Shown here piece by piece: positions 26,901 through 38,900 of a stretch of DNA of 64,000 nt (positions within the stretch are counted from its first letter, which is position 1; each line of letters begins with the position of its first letter). Location of the stretch: NCBI GenBank assembly GCA_024679065.1, contig JAGIQG010000004.1:54436001-54500000 (forward strand), given 5' to 3'. The translations under genes and the position numbers were made by a program. The notes beneath the pieces are model-generated. The model was not told where the DNA came from and did not search any database. It was given only the letters and a program-made list of their open reading frames with translations. This DNA comes from Sphyrna mokarran. Taxonomy: Eukaryota.

Positions 26901-29900
26901 TTCCAAATCAAGGTGGTAACTGCCTTTAAGGAGAACTTGTAGGGGGTTCTGCTCCCATGTATCTACTGCCTTTGTCCTTCAAGATGGAAGTGGTCATGGG
27001 TTTGGAAGGTGGCGTCCAGAATCATTGGTGAAGTGCTGCAAGAATCTCCTGGTTTTGGAACAATTTAAATTATGAAAATGTTATCAGTTGGATGAATATG
27101 TCACAATAAATATTAATGTTTATCTTGCCCTTTTAAATCATAGAATCCCTGCAGTGTAGAAAGAGGCCATTCAGCCCATCAGGTCTACACTGACTCTCAA
27201 CATAGCATCTTTCTTAGGCCCATCCAACACCCTATCCCCATTATCCTACACATTTATCTCCACTGTTCCCCCTATCCTACATGTTTTGGGATACTAAGAG
27301 ATAATTTAGCATGGCCAACTCTCCTAACAAGCACATCTTTGGACTGTGGGAGGTGACCAGACCAGCCAGAAGAAACCCACACAGACAGGAGGAGAATGTG
27401 CAAGCTTAATAGTGTGGAGGATGTGCTACCTTAATAATAATAATATGTGGGCAAAAACGAAGGAATTGATGCTGAAACATTATAGATGACTAGTAAGTTC
27501 TCATTGGCGTATTACGCTCCATTCTGAGAACAACATCGTTGGGAGTATTAGAAAGTAGGGGTAAGTTCAAGTGACCTCAGTCTGTACTGTTGGATATTAG
27601 AAATATGGTATGGATTTATGTGAGTTTAATTTAATGTTTCTGTGTAAGAAAGGATAAAACTCTGATTAGGTTTTTGTTAAACAAAGGTGCGTACATGTAT
27701 GAGATGGGAGGCGTGTTTGTTTCATTTTAAACTGTTTCTATTGTGATTACAGAGTTTACAGTTTAAAAAGTAAGTAAGGGCTTGGAGAAAGATTGAGCTC
27801 TTATTTAGCAGTTAGCCATCTTTAGGGAAAAAAGCCCATGTGTTTTTAATTTAACTGAACCCATGGTAGATAACTCTTAGCAGCTAGAGAGATAGCAGCT
27901 CATTCAGCTCCGCCAGAAACAAGACAGTGAATTAATAGGCAAGAATGTGAATCCCAGAAACTAAACCACAGTTAATTCTAGAAACCAGAGAATGAAAAGA
28001 GGGGTTGCAGGAAATTGAAGTTTTGAGAACAAGACTGAAAGAAACTGAACAATTGTACTATTTAAGAACAGCTGAAAAGTAAAGACCGAGGAATGTGGCT
28101 TAGTGAGAAACCAAAGGTCTGAAGTAATCATAGGGTTGATGATATCTTGTTGCAGCCTTTGAAGCAATAAGTGAAACAATTGTGAAGCAATTGGTGGTTC
28201 AATCCCTGAGAGGTTTTGTGGAAAACTCGAAAGCGTGTGGCTATTCAAGACAAATGAGTTACTGAAAGGATAGTTTTAAATCCTGGAAGTGAATCTTTTC
28301 TGGAAGTAGTTGAGGGAAAGCATTGTTTGAAAGAAGATTTTGAGACATGCCTTTTTGAGAATGATGATGTGGAGTTGTCAGCATTGGGGTAGGGTAGACA
28401 CAGTAAGTAGTCTCATAACACCAGGTTAAAATCCAACAGGCTTACTTGGTAGCACGAGCTTGTGGAGCTTTTGGAGAACTGTCCTTCATCAGGTGAATCT
28501 CTACTGTTGAAGGCACAGCTTTCTCAAAGCTCATGCTACCAAATAAACTTGTTGGACTTTAACCTGGTGTTGTGAGACTACTTACTTTCCGAGGGTGGAG
28601 TCTAAAAACGCTCGTGTGAATGCTGGAATCCAGTGATGTTAGTTGACTCACAGTGTAATAAGCATCTGGGAGATTTGAGGAAAAACACTTAGAAGTTCGA
28701 TTGGGTGGCGTCTGCCGCTGGATTTCAGAATGGATGTTATCTGATCACAGTTAGCCTGTTGCGTTACAAGGATTGTGTATTTACTGCGAATATTCTAGCC
28801 TAAGATGTATTTTGTAACCTGTGTTTTCCTTAAGATTTTCTGTTGTTAAAAGCAAACTTACAGTCCTGTGACTCGGTTCATCCACTTTTCTAAACTAAAA
28901 TGTAAAAGTTACGGTCTTTTGAGTGAGGACCTATTCTGGGACCTTCCCTTCAGTGGCAACATCACCTGGGATTGTAACGGAAGAATGCAAAGCTTGGGAG
29001 CAGTTGTCCATAGATTTACTAGAATCGTACTGGAGGGAGGGACTCACGTTAGGGAGACTAGAGAACCTATTATTGTTCTCCTCACAACAGAGAAAGAGAA
29101 AGTGTGTTTAAAATTGGGAGAGATTTTGACGAGTAAATAAGGAGAGAGTGTTTTCAATCGTGGGTGGTTCAATGTCCAAGAGACAGAGACTTCAGATCAT
29201 CAAAATCATCAGAGATAGATGAGAGTTGTTGTCTGGAATACACTTCCTGGAAAATTGAGGCGTGGGTGGGGAGGGGAGGGGGGGAGGGGGTGCAGGACAG
29301 ACGCAGATTCCCTTGAATAAATAAAAATGAAAGATCATATGTAATGAGTGGGGAATTGGGCTAAATGAATAATTATCTCAACTAAGTGGCACATAGAGAA
29401 TAGCCTCTTTTAGGAGCTGCTACTTACTTCTTTCGATGCATTTCAGTTCTACGCTTCTAATCGTCACCCATGCAGATGGTGGGCAGGGAGAAGGAAGAGG
29501 ACTGCCTCTTGGATCTGGGTAAGTTGGTCGTTAAGGCAACTGGCAGTCAAGTTGGTCACCTGCCCCTTCACTGCGGCTACGTTCACAGCAAGCTGGATTT
29601 AGAGAGGGAACAGGCTATGTCTGCTGACAGATTTCAGTTCGATAGGCGCCATGGGGACTGATGGTGCATGACTGTGCCCTGTTACTGACATTTATGGTTT
29701 AGTTAATTAAGTTCTTCTACCATTTGTTTTAGTTATAATGTCCACCGGCGCTATCATCCTCTGTCCTTTTGATCAATACCGTAAGAAGTCTCACAACACC
29801 AGATTAAAGTCCAACAGGTTTATTTGTAGCAAACGCCACTAGCTTTCGAAACTGGCTGTTCCTTCGTCAGGTCAATGCGAGTTCAATCCCAGTGCATCTC

Positions 29901-32900
29901 AACATCATAACTTTTGATTAATATCAACTTTTCGTTCTTTTGTAAGATTAAAAAAATGAATTAACTATTTATCGGATTGATTGAAATATTTATTTCTATT
30001 CCTCCGTATTCCACCTTTTTGGAGCATAAAAGATATTGTCTTCTTACCGTCTCATCATTCTGACCGGCTTCCACGGAATTTCTTTTGGCACCTAGAGAAA
30101 AGAAGAAATTGAGTTTGAGTAACTTTCTGAATGTAAGTAAAATCAAAAACATGCTTTCCATTCTGAACACTTTTACTACCAAAAAGAAGGAGCCTTGAAA
30201 ATTTGAAAATTCTACTGTGATCTACCTCCAATGGAGCACACTGTCTTTAGCGTGATGATGACAAACATGTGACAAGAGAGTCGCTAAGTTACAATTGAAA
30301 TACCACCAGAGGGAGACGTAAAACAGTCTGCCAGTTCCATATTAGCCATTTCACATTGTCGCAGGAAATTAATTAAGAGTGTTTACACTACAAGGTCCTG
30401 ATATTTTTAAAAATGTGGAACATTAAGAAGGTGTACAAATTGAAAAAAAAACAGTTCGAATGGGAAAATTGAATATTTGCATTTCAAAATTAATTTGCGT
30501 TGCCATATTCAACTCTGTGGTTCAAGGCGGGACTCCACGATGGTCGTTTGCCTCCCTGGAGCAGGGGTGCAAGATGTATCAGACAGGGTAGAGGGCATTT
30601 TGAAGGGTAAGGGGACCAAGGCGGATGTGATTATTCACGTAGGAGAGAAGGATGTAGGAAGGAAGAGCAGGAAAATTATACGAAGGCAGTTCAGGGAGTT
30701 GGGGGGTAGGCTGAAGAGCAGGGCCTCCAGGGTGGCGATCTCAGGGCTGCTTCCAGGGCCGGGTAATAGTGGAGCCAGGAAAAATGAGATCCTACAGCTG
30801 AATGCGTGGCTGAAGGACTGGTGTAGGGCAGAGGGTTTCACATTTGTGGATAACTGGGAAATCTTTGTGAAAGAAGGGCACTTGTATAAAAGGGATGGGG
30901 AACACTTAAATGGGAAGGGCATGAATATCTTAGCTGGGAGGTTAGCTGGATTGTTTCGGCAGGATTTAAACTAATATGGGGGGGGGGGGTGGGGGGCCTG
31001 ACACGATAGCTCGATAGAGAGCGAGATGGGAGATACAGTAACCTTGGATGAGAAGAAATATACTAGGGAGAAGGAGGTTCTGAGTGGTCTTGGAGGTCTG
31101 GAGTGTGTCTGTTTCAATGCGAGGAGCATAACAGGAAAAACAGATGAACTTAGGGCCTTAATGTTTGCGAAGAACTTGGATGTGGTTGCGGTGACGGAGA
31201 CGTGGTTAAAGGAAGGGGGGCAGTGGCAACTGAACATTCCTGGGTATAAGTGTTTCAGGCGTGACAGGGGAGGGGTCCAGAAGAGGTGGAGGAGTGGCGT
31301 TGTTAGTTAAGGAGAGCATCACGGTGTGCAGAGGGAGGACAATACAGAGGAGTTAGGAGCAGAGTCGCTGTGGGTGGAGTTGAGGAATAGAAAGGGGGCG
31401 ATTACTATGCTAGGGGTGTATTATAGGCCACCCAACAGTCTGCAGGTAGTTGAAGAAGGCATATGTAAAAACATTTTGGATAGGTGTAGAAAGAACAGAG
31501 TCGTTATAGTGGGAGATTTTAATCTCCCTAGGGTGGATTGGAAAGTACCTAGAGCTGAGGTTTTGGACAGGCAGGAATTTGTAAAATGTGTACTGGAAGC
31601 ATGGTTGGAGCAGTATGTGGCTAGCCCGACGGGAGAAGGGGCTATATTGGATTTAGTTCTGAGTAATGAGCCAGGGCGGGTGGTTGATGTTGTAGTATGG
31701 GAACATGTGGCTAACAGTGACCACAATTCTGTCTACTTTGGGGTACAGATGGAAAAGGATGCTTGTTGCCCTAGGGGCAGGGTGCTGAATTGGGGGAAGG
31801 CTAACTACGGTCGGATTAGGCTGGAACTTATGGAAACTGATTGGGAATAGTTGTCCGAGGATAATCCACGCTAGGCATACGGGACTCTTTCAAGGGAATA
31901 CTGAAAATGTTCCAAGATAGATATGTGCCGGCTCAGAGGAAAGATGGGAAAGGTAGGATTAGAGAGCCGTGGATTACTAGGGATATTGAGGACTTGGTTA
32001 GGAAGAAAAGAGAGGCGTACGATAGGTCAAAGCAGCTGGGAACGGAGATAGCGTTGGAGGAATATAGAGAGAGTAGGAGGGGGCTCAAACGGGGAGTTAG
32101 AAGGGCAAAAAGGGGACATGAAATGTTTTTGGCAGATAGGATTAAGGAAAATCCAAAGGCTTTTTACTCCTATGTTAGGAATAAAAGGGTGGTTAGAGGA
32201 AAAATCAGACCTCTTAGGGACAGAGGAGGGGAACTGTGCTTAGAGCCCGAGGGAATGGCGGAGATCCTGAATGAATACTTTGCATCGGTATTCACGAAGG
32301 AGAGGGGCTTGTTGACAGGTCCTGTCTCTGAGGGAGCTGTGGACCAGTTGAGGGAAATATCCATACGAGGGAGGAAGTGTTAGAACTTTTAGGTAGCATT
32401 AAAACTGATAATTCTCCGGGGCCTGATGGAATTTATCCCACGCTGCTTAGGGAGATGCGAGGTGAAATTGCTGGGCCTCTGACGCAAATCTTTGTCTCTT
32501 CTTTGGACACAGGTGAGGTCTCAGAAGACTGGAGAATAGCTAATGTTGTACTGTTGTTTAAAAAGGGTAGTAGGGATAACGCTGGGAATTATAGGCCGGT
32601 GAGTTTGACATCAGTGGTAGGGAAGCTGTTGGAGGGGATTCTTAGAGATAGGATGTATAGGCACTAAGAGCATTGCGATCTGATTAGGAATATGCAGCAT
32701 GGATTTGTTAAGGGGAGGTCGTGCCTGGTAGAATTTTTTGAGGAGGTGTCGAAAACGGTGGACGAAGGGCGAGTCTTTGAAGTCGTCTATATGGATTTTC
32801 GTAAGGTGTTTGACAAAGTCCCTCATGGGAGGTTACTGGAGAAGGTCAAGGCTCATGGGATACAAGGACAGATAGCTAGATGGATAAGTAACTTAGTAAT

Positions 32901-35900
32901 AGGAAACAGAGAGTAATGGTGGAAGGGTGTTTTTCTAGCTGGAGGTCGGTCACTAGTGGCATGCCGCAGGGCTCAGTACTAGGATCTCTTCTATTTGTAA
33001 TATATGTAAATGACTTAGAAGAGGGAGTAAGTGGAGTGATCAGCAAGTTTGCAGATGATACAAAGAGGGCTGGGCTTGCGGATAGTGAGGAGCATTGTCA
33101 GGCGATGCAGCAGGACATAGACAGGCTGGTAGCTTGGGCAGACAGATGGCAGATGGAATTTAATCCTGATAAATGCGAGGTGATGCATTTTGGGAGAAAG
33201 AATGTAGAGGGGAGGTACATGATAAAGGGTAGACCTATTAGGAGTACAGAAACACAGAGGGACCTGGGGGTGCAGGTGAACAAGTCTCTGAAGGTGGCAG
33301 AGCAAGTGGAGAAGGTTGTGAAGAAAGCATATAATATGCTAGCCTTTATAGGAAGGGCTATAGAGTACAAGAGTTGGCCTTTAATGTTGCAGTTGTATAA
33401 AACGTTGGTTAGACCTCATTTGGAATACTGCGTCCAGTTCTGGTCGCCTTACTACGGGAAGGATGTGGGGAGTCTGGAGAGAGTGCAGAAGAGGTTTACC
33501 AGGATGCTGCCTGGCATGGAAGGTCTGAGTTACGAGGAGAGGTTAGTCAAATTGGGACTGTTTTCCTTAGAAAGACGTAGACTTAGAAGAGATTGAATGG
33601 AGGTGTACAAGATTATGAGGGGTATAGATAGAGTAAACAGGGTTAAGCTTTTTCTTAGGATGGACTCGAATAACACGAGGGGTCACGGGCTTAGGGTGAG
33701 GGGGGTAAAGTATAATTTGGATGCTAGAGGGAGTTTTTTCACACAGAGGATGGTGAGGGTATGGAATGCGCTGCCAAGTAAAGTGGTGGAGGCAGGTTAC
33801 TCTGGAGTTATTTAAGAAATATTTAGATGGGCACATGAACAGAATGGGAATGGAGAGGTATAGAAAACTGATTTAAAATAGGGATCATGAGCCTTGGGGG
33901 TGCCCGGGAAGTGTGTAAATAGATGATGATATTGATGTACTTGTTTTTATCCTACAGGTGCTTTGGTCCACCTTGTTGTCTAACGAGGGGCATACACGCG
34001 ATGAGTGGTCAGAGGGCTGCTTTTGGATTTTTTTCGAGAGTATCCTACTGCTTCACGTCGTTAGTGTACGCTTGAGCTGGACCATTTGATGGGCAACACA
34101 ACATCTCAGCGACTATCGCTGTGCTGTGCAGATACATGGATTTGGGCCTGTGTCTGTGGGAGTTTGCGCATTCTCCTCGTGCTTGCGTGGGTTTTCTCCG
34201 GGTGCTCCGGTTTCCTCCCACATCCCAAAGATGTGCTCTTAGGCTAATTGGAAAAACAAATTCTCCCTAAATTGTCTCTAATTTGATTTTTAATCCATAG
34301 ATCTATAAACATGGACATGGATCGCGGGTAGTGGTGGGAACATTGGGATGGCGGCGCGGGCTCGTTGGGCCGAAGGGCCTGTTTCCCGTGCTTTTTTTTG
34401 TTCTTAACCACATAACGCACTTGAGGTATCAACTCCGGTATTTAAAAGATTCAGCAGGGTGTTCTCTATTCTGTACAATGAAGCAGTATCACCCGCCGTT
34501 TATGTCTTAACAGTTTAATTGGGCATAACAAAATAAAAGTTTGCGGTGAAATAAGAAAATTTCTTACCAGATGAAGCTTTTAATCTGAGTCTCGTCAAAA
34601 TAATTATCAACAATATAACAGCCAGTATGCCACCTGCACATCCGAAAATGTGCGTAAGGTTGATTTCTGAAATATTTACAAGATAAACAAATGATTGAAA
34701 TAAAAAATTATAGAACATAGCAAGATTTATACACGATTTTGTGTCTAGCACGGGAGGGCGCGGCGCAAAGTTGTCTTTCCTGTAATTGTGTCCATTTATT
34801 CTGCGTGGGGACCGACAATTTATTTCTATAGGCAGTAGCGATAAAAGGATTATAATGTGTCCCATACAACAGTAACGCAATTTATGGAGGAGACAAATCT
34901 ATAAAGGCGCAGGAAACTCCTCTCTAGGTTTGAGGCCTTTTCGGTCAGAGTAAAAGGACTTACACTTGTGATACACCAAACAGATGCGCACCGGCTACGA
35001 AGGATAGCAAAGTTTTTCACTCTTCAGCACGTCAACCGGTGAACACTACTGCAGCTCTTAGTAGGTAACAAGAACAACTTGCATTTAACATTCCAAAACG
35101 CCTAAATGCAGCTTTATCAAACATAATCAAACCACAATCAAACCGCTGGAGGTAGAATTCAGGGAGCGTCGAAAATGAGACAATTGGAAAGGCGGGGATA
35201 CTTAGAACGGGAATTGGATTCAGACAGCGGAACGCACTGTGTGGAAATAACGATTTTATAATACATCAAAATCTAATATTTAGGATGTAAAAGTGACAAC
35301 TAAAACTGAACATTTTTATTTGTGCGTTTATTTCGTTTGGCAAGAATTTGACGAGGAATAAGCACATTGGACCATAGAAAAGTTAAACCACAAAAGGAAG
35401 CCACTCGGCTCATCTTGTCCATAGCAGCTCGTGGACACCAGGTGTCCTTTCTAATCTCACCTTCCTGCGGAAGTTCCGGCCCATAGCCCTGTGGCTTATT
35501 TAAGGTGCAGATCGAAGTACTTTCCTAAAAAAAAGAACGTTGGGTCTCTGCCTCCACTAACTCAGGCAGCGTATTCCAGACACCCACCATCCTTTGTGTA
35601 AAAAAAAGACATTCCTTGTGTCTTCTCTACACTTTCTGCCACTTATATTAAATCTATGACCCCTGTTTCTAGAATTCTCCGTCAAGGGAAACGATTTCAT
35701 CCTGTCCATTCTATCTCTTCCCCTCATAATTGTGTACACTTCTGTCAAGTCACTTCTCAGATTTCTTTATTCCATGGAAAATAATCTCAGTCTATCGAAT
35801 CTCTCTTCACAGCAACACTTTTCTAGCTCCGGCAATCTCCCGTTTCAGGAAAATGTTCTCCCTCCTCCAGCTAGAAAATATCTTAATCATTTTAATTCGT

Positions 35901-38900
35901 TACCATTGAAGTGACTTTGAGATCAAACAAAGTCCATAATAACCCTGTAAATTCGAGTTTGAACAGTTGCCCAGCTACATTAATAATAAATAATACAAAT
36001 CGCTGTCTTTACCTCTGCTCGTTTCGGTAAATGTTTGGAATCTTACCTTGATTGACAGTGTAGCTGACGCTGGCGGGCATCTTAAGGGAGATATGAGATG
36101 CCAGACATGTATAAACGACTCTGTTCTGGAGAGACTGTGCTTCTTCCAAAGAACTGGAGACCTCAAAAAGACCATCCACTGTCTCGTTTCTCACAGTTTC
36201 TATTCCGGCCAAAATTTCCACACCATCTCTACGCCAGGAGATTTTTAAACCCTCCGGGTAAAATGCAGCCGTTTTGCACTCGAATCGTAGAGAAGTCGCT
36301 GAATTATCTTTAATCCGAACGATTTTCAATGGTGTTGGAGGAACTTTTAACAGGGGGAAAAATCATTTTTGTATTGAAAAGAGTAAATTCTCAATTGCCG
36401 AACTCGATATGCTTTTACGCTCATACTGTAATAATAGTTATCGTGCTGTCGCGTTTTTTAAACTTCGGGCGTGCGTTTATTTTATATAATGTTATACGAC
36501 GCTCAGCAAAATTGCCGGATATTTTGCAAGCGGATCATTCTCCCAGACATGGTTACAACCAGGGGAGAAAGTGTCACTGTTCGGAATTAAAGCCATGATG
36601 TGGAGATACCGGCGTTGGACTGGGGTAAATACAGTAAGAAGTCTCACAATATCAGGTTAAAGTCCAACAGGTTTATTTGCCAAATACATGATTATTTGCC
36701 AGATAAAAAAATACTTGCCAAATAAATCTGTTGGGCTTTAACCTGGCGTTACTTCTGACGGAATTAAAGCAACAGATCCTGGCGCGGGATTGTGTTTGGC
36801 AGCAGTGACCTCCATTCAGATTCCGGTCCGAATGTATCAGTCAGGGAGCACCAACCAGTCAGCACGAACATTGGGTTCTATTCGGATTTTTCTGGAAGAA
36901 TCATTGTGGTACTAAACGTTGTGTGTTCGTTTGAAAAATGACCTACTTCAAACATTTAATGTCTCCAAACTTATTTTGCTTTGTTGATTAATGTTAAGAT
37001 GCGTGAAATCAAAATACCTCTGATTTCTAAATTGGCTCCAGACAAGATGTAATGATATGTATAGATTAAAACCCGTGAGTTACTATTGATTACTATTGAT
37101 TCTTGAACATTTCAATGTCCAAGGTCGAGGTTTCAGATTGTGCATCTTTCACCAAAATATCTTTCTGGGGCCGGGATGTGTATGTTGGAGTATTTCGCAA
37201 GCCAGGATAATTTTTGATAATTGTATATCGCTATGCAGATCACAACACCCAGGGATTAATTCCAGAAATAAAATGTTGGGTAAACTGAGCTGGTTTGACT
37301 GAGTTTTCATTTCAGATTTCCAGCATCGCAGTATTTTGCTTTTATTTGATTGGTAGTTTACTTTTCTGCAGTTTTATTCCATCTGCTGTCTGGAGAAGAT
37401 TCTGTTTCGAGCAGTTCAAAGTTCCAATTTTCCGATGAGAAACTGTCTATCTGTCTATCGGTTTTCTACCTCAACTTCCGTCAGTTCATGGGGACAATGC
37501 ACCGAAGTAATGAACTACATATACCAGGTTTATAGAAATGTTCGGTGGTATCCATTCCCCTCTTTACAGTTGTGAGTGCATCATCGAAAGTCCAATTGGC
37601 GCACCCCAGAAGTTCAAACAAGGGTTTCGAGCACTTTAACTGTCCTGTAAAGTCTAGGACCCCGGGGTTGGAATCCAGCATTGAGGGAAAGATCAAAACC
37701 CTCCTTCTCAGTGGATTGTAGAATTCCATTGTGGAAAGATCTTGGGATTTCAAACAAGTTCCTAATGGACACAATTACAACATATAAACTGTTATGTTAG
37801 GAACAGGCGCCCATTCAGCCTGATTCTTTGTGCTCTGCCAACCTTGGTGATAGTGATTAGTACTGCTGTCTCACGACGCTAGGGAGCGGGGTTCAATTCC
37901 GGCCTCGGGTCGGTGTGGAGTTTGCAGGTTCTCCCCTTGTCTGGGTGGATTTCCTCCCGATGCTCCGGTTTCCTCCCACAATCCAAACATGTGCTGATTA
38001 GATGGATTGGCCCTACTAAATCGCCCCTTAACGTTAGGTTGTTTGGCAAGGTAAACACCTGGGGGATGCGGCCTGGATGCGATTGTTGTCGGCGCAGGTT
38101 CGATGGGCCAAATACTGTAGGTATTCTATAATTCTGCCTGATCTCTAACTTAACTCCATTTGTCCGACTTAATTCATTCTTAGCAAAAATCGTGCCGTCA
38201 CAAATTTAAGGCAATGACAAAGAAAGTGTTACATCGGCAATTTCGAACAATGGGCGGAAAAGGAATCTGATTTTGGAAATACTTGTTGCTGTATTGGGGA
38301 ATTTTCACCTGCATTTATTATGAAGGCACTACGAGTGAGGGTTCAGAAAAGATTTATTGGAGATTTATCAAGGTCAAGGGATTTAGGTTATATGCAGAAA
38401 CTGAAGAAACTACGGTTGTTCTCTTTAGATCTGATAGTTTTAAGATGAGGCCAATTTTGATAAAGTCAGTAAGCAAAAACTGTTCTCAGTGACACAAGAG
38501 TCGGCAACCAAAATGTGTTTGGCAAAAGAACGCAAGGATTCTGATCTTTGAGTGGAACGTAATTACTCTGTTATTGTTACCATGTTGTTCAGCTTAAATC
38601 GCGAGCAGTGTGTAGGGATCCCGATTGCTTTTCGCTTCCTGGTTAAATCAACTAACTCGGCAGAGAGCGCATTTCGAAACGGTCCTTAATCAACTGAAGC
38701 GCCGTGAATAACCGCTCTTACTTTCCTCGAAATCTTCTTCTTGCAATCACCTTTGCGGGGGAAGGTGGGGGCGAGGGGTGGAGGGTGATGTGTTACTCCG
38801 TGCAGTTCTCGCCCCGCACGCTGCCAATATTCCTTCCTCTTTGATGTAAATTAAATGATTTTTGAAGTTTGGTAAAACATTTGACCTGGGAGATGTTAGG

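Noticed and set aside
27600-28980. Possible solo LTR (also ~58990-59950)
   Set aside because: LTR-like composition, but no paired LTR, PBS or target-site duplication could be confirmed.
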